Shown here: piece by piece, positions 59,385 to 64,000 of the stretch
How the letters are laid out: each line of letters opens with the position of its first letter
Numbering within the stretch: position 1 is the stretch's first letter
NCBI GenBank assembly: GCA_029856365.1
Contig: JAHQWW010000002.1
Location: 32,001 to 96,000 of the forward strand
From: Candidatus Hodarchaeota archaeon
GTDB lineage: Archaea; Asgardarchaeota; Heimdallarchaeia; Hodarchaeales; Hodarchaeaceae
Reading direction: 5' to 3'
Length of the DNA stretch: 64,000 nucleotides
Notes under the pieces: generated by a model
Told to the model about the DNA's origin: nothing
The model's database searches: none
Seen by the model: only the letters and a program-made list of their open reading frames with translations
Position numbers and translations under genes: made by a program

Positions 59385-61919
59385 GTGTTAAGGAATAGAA
59401 ACAGCTTTTCACAAATTTGTTTTTCTTTTACTGTTTTATTGTGGTATCTGGGTATCAGTGTTTCTCCAGTCCAATTTAGTTTATCAGACTCGTTTGTTTT
59501 AACAAACATAACAATACCCCAGAGTTACACTGGGCATGACCCCATTAATATTACCAATGATGCTCAACTAGCTGTTATAGCGAATAATGGTACGGGAACG
59601 ACTAATGATCCATATATTATAGCTAATTGGATTATAGATGCTTTTTCAAATTATGGAATTTACATCACGGGGACAACGAAACATTTTAGAATAGAAAATT
59701 GTTGGATTCGCTATTCTATTCTTTCTGGTATATATGTAAATGATGTTACCCCAAGAACAGCTACTATTAGCAACAATACCTGTATTAGCAATGATTATCA
59801 TGGCATCTACTTTAGGTATTCTGCTAATTCGACAATAGTTAACAATATCTGTACCAATAATGATAGGATTGGTATCTTCATATATCATTCTAGGTCTTCA
59901 ATTTTAGCCAACAACACCTGTGTCAGCAATAATGGGCTTGGTATCTCTCTTTACGAAAGTATTTCTTCGACAGTAGCTAACAACATCTGTATTGATAATG
60001 GTGAGGATGGTATTGGCCTTGGGGAGTCTGATTCTTCAATTATAGCCAACAACACTTGTACCAGCAATACTGGGCCTGGTATCTCCCTTTATGAAAGTAT
60101 TGCTTCGATAGTAGCTAACAACACCTGTACCAGCAATACAAAGCCTGGTATCTCCCTTGAGTATTCTGCTTCTTCGATGATAGCTAATAACATCTGTACC
60201 GGCAATGAAGAGGATGGTATCTATATCTATCATTCTAGTTCTTCAACTATAGCCAACAGCACCTGCACCACCAATAATGGACCTGGCATCTCCCTTCACG
60301 GCAGTAGTTCTTCGAGGGTAGCCAATAACACCTGTACTAACACTGGAGGGGATGGCATCTATATCTATCATTCTAGTTTTTCGATTATAGCCAACAACAC
60401 TTGTACCAGCAATGGAGGAATTGGCATCTTCCTTCACGGCAGTAGTTCTTCGAGGGTAGCCAATAACACCTGTACCAGCAATGTAGGGGATGGCATCTAT
60501 GTGTATCATTCTACTTCTTTGACTATAGTCAACAGCACCTGTACCAACAATGGAAGAGTTGGAGTCTCCTTTCACGGAAGCAGTTCTTCGACGGTAGTCA
60601 ATAACACATGTGCCAACAATGGAGGAGCTGCTATCTCTCTTAGAATTTCTGGTTCTTCAAAAGTAGTCAATAACACCTGTACCAGCAATGAAGAGGATGG
60701 TATCTATATCTATTATTCTAGTTCTTCGAGTATAACCAACAACACTTGTACCAGCAATACTGGGCCTGGCATCTCTATTTACGGAAGTAATTATTCAATA
60801 ATAGATAACAACATCTGTACCAGCAATGGTGAAGATGGCATTGACCTTAGGAAATCTGATTTTTCAACTATAGCTAAGAACACCTGTACCAACAATAATG
60901 GGTCGGGCATGTACCTTTACGAAAGCAGTTCTTTGACCTTAGTCAATAACACTTTTTTTGATGATGGGGTTGTTTTTTGGCAGTTCTCCAAAGTGGAAAT
61001 ATTTTCGTGTACAGTTGAGAATAACATAGTTAATGAACTCCCTCTAGTTTTTTTGGAGAATATAACTGATAGGACGATTACTGAGACATGTGGACAGCTT
61101 ATTCTAGTAAATTGTAACAATACGATCGTGAAAAACCAAAACTATACTCATACTTCTATAGGAATAGCTCTATATTATTGTGATAAGAACCAATTGGTCA
61201 ATAACATTTGTAACAAGAATAATGAGTATGGTATTTACCTTAGTTATACTACTTCTTCTATTGTAGCTAACAACACCTGTACCAGCAATGGAGAAAATGG
61301 CATCGACCTTGAGTATTCTAGTTCTTCAACTATAATTAATAACATCTGTACTAACAATGGCAAGAATGGCATTACCCTTTATGAAAGTAGTTCTTCAACA
61401 GTAGCAAACAACATCTGCACCATCAATTCCAAGGATGGTATCGCCCTTAGGGGTTCTGAATCTTTGATAGTAGCCAATAATACCTGTACCAGTAATAATG
61501 AGAATGGTATTTCCCTTGATTATTCTGATTACAACTTTATTGTTTGGAATACGTTTTTTGGGAATGGAGATTACGGGATAGAATTAATTAATGATTCAGA
61601 CAATAATTTCATCCATCATAATTCTTTTATCGCGAATAGACAGAATAGAAAATCACAAGCTTATGATGATGGCACAAACAATCAATGGTATGATGAAACA
61701 GTTTTGGAAGGAAATAGCTGGTCAGATTACAATGGTACAGGTGGATATTTAATAGCTGGTCCAGCTCATGCTAGTGATCCCTATCCCTCTATGGCTGGTG
61801 CAACAGATCCTAGTAGCTTTTCTTTACCACAGGTTTTCTATCGAATTGGATTATTTATATTCGTCCTTGGATTATTATTCTTATTATTATTCGTAAACAG
61901 ACTTAATAAGTCAGTATAA
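59385..61919 (+). CDS. Right-handed parallel beta-helix (NosD/PbH1) surface protein with C-terminal TM
   Basis: Signal peptide; HDPINI..D, GTGTTNDPYII; about 22 repeats of IxNN[TI]CxxNxxxGIxL; GNSWSDY..DPYP; C-terminal TM. Confidence 0.92.
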   Translation: MLRNRNSFSQICFSFTVLLWYLGISVSPVQFSLSDSFVLTNITIPQSYTGHDPINITNDAQLAVIANNGTGTTNDPYIIANWIIDAFSNYGIYITGTTKHFRIENCWIRYSILSGIYVNDVTPRTATISNNTCISNDYHGIYFRYSANSTIVNNICTNNDRIGIFIYHSRSSILANNTCVSNNGLGISLYESISSTVANNICIDNGEDGIGLGESDSSIIANNTCTSNTGPGISLYESIASIVANNTCTSNTKPGISLEYSASSMIANNICTGNEEDGIYIYHSSSSTIANSTCTTNNGPGISLHGSSSSRVANNTCTNTGGDGIYIYHSSFSIIANNTCTSNGGIGIFLHGSSSSRVANNTCTSNVGDGIYVYHSTSLTIVNSTCTNNGRVGVSFHGSSSSTVVNNTCANNGGAAISLRISGSSKVVNNTCTSNEEDGIYIYYSSSSSITNNTCTSNTGPGISIYGSNYSIIDNNICTSNGEDGIDLRKSDFSTIAKNTCTNNNGSGMYLYESSSLTLVNNTFFDDGVVFWQFSKVEIFSCTVENNIVNELPLVFLENITDRTITETCGQLILVNCNNTIVKNQNYTHTSIGIALYYCDKNQLVNNICNKNNEYGIYLSYTTSSIVANNTCTSNGENGIDLEYSSSSTIINNICTNNGKNGITLYESSSSTVANNICTINSKDGIALRGSESLIVANNTCTSNNENGISLDYSDYNFIVWNTFFGNGDYGIELINDSDNNFIHHNSFIANRQNRKSQAYDDGTNNQWYDETVLEGNSWSDYNGTGGYLIAGPAHASDPYPSMAGATDPSSFSLPQVFYRIGLFIFVLGLLFLLLFVNRLNKSV
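59765..60950 (+). repeat. 69-bp (23-aa) tandem repeat array; second shorter block at about 61195-61530
   Basis: aacac[ct]tgtaccagcaat recurs every 69 bp; a near-identical 40+ bp segment occurs at 60293 and 60431 (138 bp apart). Confidence 0.85.
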
Positions 61920-62033
61920 ATATGTGTTGTTTCTATCTTGTCGAAGTGACCCCAACCTCCAATTAATACTTATATGACATCCAAGAATTTTCAATAACAA
62001 CGAATTTTACCGTTACTCCATTTATCACCGAAG

Positions 62034-62492
62034 TTAGCTAGCCACTGCCAAATATCTGTCTAAAATCCACCACACGATAAAAAATACACCAAAAATTATC
62101 CAATCAATAATCCAGAATAGTGGAATCGGAAAATTAATTTGAAAAAGATCCCATAAAGGAGTCCAGACTGGATCACCAAATTTCCAGGTGCCTTGAAAAA
62201 GCGCTTTAGTCAACCAATGTCCAATATCTTGAAAAAATTGGATCAAAAAAGAGCCACCAATCGTCAACAACCAGTCAGTTTTCTCTCGTGTGAGGAATGG
62301 AACAATTGATAACATCAAAAAGATAAAAAACGCGTAAATCATCCAATAAAACGGAAAGTTATGTAGTTCATAGTCCAAATAATAGACAAATGCCTGTGCT
62401 TCAATTCCTCCAAGTAATAAAGCAATTAAAACAGCCCAAAGGATAATTATGGCTTTATCATATCTATCTAAGTCGATACGACGATTTTCCAT
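62034..62492 (-). CDS. Hypothetical Trp-rich membrane protein (about 4 TM)
   Basis: Hydrophobic helices; QDIGHW motif. Confidence 0.65.
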   Translation of the reverse strand: MENRRIDLDRYDKAIIILWAVLIALLLGGIEAQAFVYYLDYELHNFPFYWMIYAFFIFLMLSIVPFLTREKTDWLLTIGGSFLIQFFQDIGHWLTKALFQGTWKFGDPVWTPLWDLFQINFPIPLFWIIDWIIFGVFFIVWWILDRYLAVAS

Positions 62493-62864
62493 TTAAGTTC
62501 AACCAGAATTTATCAAACAGTTATCTGTTTAATCAAATGTTTATAACTTTGATTGAGTATCAGAATGTATCTAACGTATCAATTTAAGTAGAAGTGGCAA
62601 TTATAGAAACTAGGACATAATCAATGTAAAACAACATCATACATATTAATAGAAAAATTCTGTGAAAAACTCTCTCCTCACGAGACCCACACTTTAAACA
62701 GTCTTCTTACAAAATAAAACTGGGATAAAATACATAAAAACTGAAAAAAACCAAGTAGTAGAGGAAAAAGTAAGTTGATATTCGGGGAACTTCTTTAGTT
62801 CGCTTTTTCAACTTGATGGTCATAATCTGGAAATAATTAATTTGACTTCGGAAACTGAGTTAAA

Positions 62865-63197
62865 ATGTTAGTTCATGAAAAGGAAGAGAAAACACTTTTC
62901 CAAATATCCGAAGATGATTCTGGTGAACTTGAACCCTATAAAAGCTCCTCTCGCTTATTAAAGAAGGACTCTGTTTATGTTTTACTGGATAACACACTGA
63001 AAAAGATTTTTCTATGGATTGGACAATCAGCTAATGTTCGTTCAAGGTTTATCGCATCTACAGCAGCCCAGAAATTGCGGAATATGACAGGTTTAACCTA
63101 TCGAGTAATCACTATTGATCAAGGAGGAGAATCAAAGGAATTTATGAAAGCCTTATCACCAATGACTATTCCTGGGATTCTTGAGAGAATTGTTTGA
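62865..63197 (+). CDS. Single-domain gelsolin-like protein (Asgard 1DGel-type, eukaryotic signature protein)
   Basis: LKKDSVYVLLD..KKIFLWIGQSANVRSRFIA...A..L...IDQGGESKEF matches the gelsolin repeat pattern (L.s.dvyilD....IyiW.G..s....r..A....v.qg.E..eF). Confidence 0.85.
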   Translation: MLVHEKEEKTLFQISEDDSGELEPYKSSSRLLKKDSVYVLLDNTLKKIFLWIGQSANVRSRFIASTAAQKLRNMTGLTYRVITIDQGGESKEFMKALSPMTIPGILERIV

Positions 63198-63288
63198 TAA
63201 CTTTACAATTTCTTCTTTAACCAACGTTTAATATGTGAAAAGTTTTACATTCGCTTTATAGCGCTCTTGAGCTAATATAGTCCAAATG

Positions 63289-63813
63289 TTATTTATCCTT
63301 AGGTTCAAGATAGAGATCATTCCCTTTCAAATGTATATCTTGTACCTTCATCTCTGCGTATTTGTTTGCCCTTAATCCGTAATTCTCTCCAACCCAAAAG
63401 ATAGTTCTCAATATAGGGTTGTTTACTTGTTACTTTATTGAAACCAAACTTCATCGTCTCTCTGTTACAGCTTTTAGTCGTTCATACGTATCAGAACTCT
63501 TTGAAAATGGACATATCTTCACACACGGAGCACCCAAAGTACTGTGCAAAGCATTCGAAGCAATCCTGTTGAGAGAGATTGAAAGAAGGCGTCTAATAGG
63601 CAATTTATGCCTTATTTCGATACCATCTCGCTCTTGAAAGAGATTCAACATCTCGAGAGATATCTCAAACCTTTTAGGAGAATCTGATCTAGGATGAAGA
63701 ATCCCAGACATCTCAAGCAGCGATCTCTGCTTCGCTATCATTCGTTTGACTCTAGGTATACCGAATCTCATGACGAAAGTTTTCATGAACCTGTGCTTTA
63801 TTCCCATTTCCAT
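63289..63813 (-). pseudogene. Degenerate tyrosine recombinase/integrase relic
   Basis: Reading the 63813-63451 ORF through two in-frame stops gives NNPILRTIFWVGENYGLRANKYAEMKVQDIHLKGNDLYL, a box I-like G-L-R-x-x-(E)...[LM]-x-x-x-D-I pattern; no HxLR/Tyr box visible. Confidence 0.5.
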
Positions 63814-64000
63814 CTTCTCTCAAACGAAATTCACCCATCGCTTAAATAGGTGACAGAACAATTCCACAATATATGCATTTTAACGAATTTACTAACCAAT
63901 ACGGGGTAAGGTTCAAATAAATAACAGCTGTGCAGCTTTCCAACGTTTAACTTATGAAAAACTTCACGTTGCTTTATCTAAAAAGAATATAGTTTCTTTA

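Noticed and set aside
59765-60950. 69-bp periodic repeats as a CRISPR array
   Set aside because: The repeats are in-frame coding units of a beta-helix with no unique spacers, and there are no cas genes.

Overview
AT-rich (roughly one-third GC by eye), gene-dense archaeal chromosomal window, most likely from an Asgard archaeon (Heimdallarchaeia/Hodarchaeales-like). This is an inference from a Rab-like small GTPase, a single-domain gelsolin, DUF63/DUF1405/archaeal GalT genes, GGTGA-type Shine-Dalgarno sites and several surface proteins with PGF/CTERM-type tails. I saw no rRNA, tRNA, CRISPR array or intact transposase. Most of the window is a patchwork of unlinked metabolic genes (metF, proC, galT, aromatic amino-acid decarboxylase, ComDE-like decarboxylase, saccharopine-dehydrogenase-like enzyme, PlsC), regulators, secreted hydrolases and repeat proteins, plus several gene remnants. 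The best candidate for an undescribed system is the three-gene minus-strand operon at 22107-26807. It encodes a lipoprotein with four molybdopterin-oxidoreductase-like domains, a membrane-anchored metallophosphoesterase and an ECF S-component, and the last two each carry a further copy of that domain. This suggests a capture-hydrolyse-import cofactor salvage relay. Other notable items: an intact but fully degenerate PAS-HisKA-HATPase pseudokinase (His->Tyr), a CDF transporter bracketed by wHTH-like domains, an RHH/DUF5678 plus retropepsin pair, an internally deleted radical SAM gene, and a tyrosine-recombinase relic the ORF track misses. All family calls come from motif recognition by eye, not from database searches.
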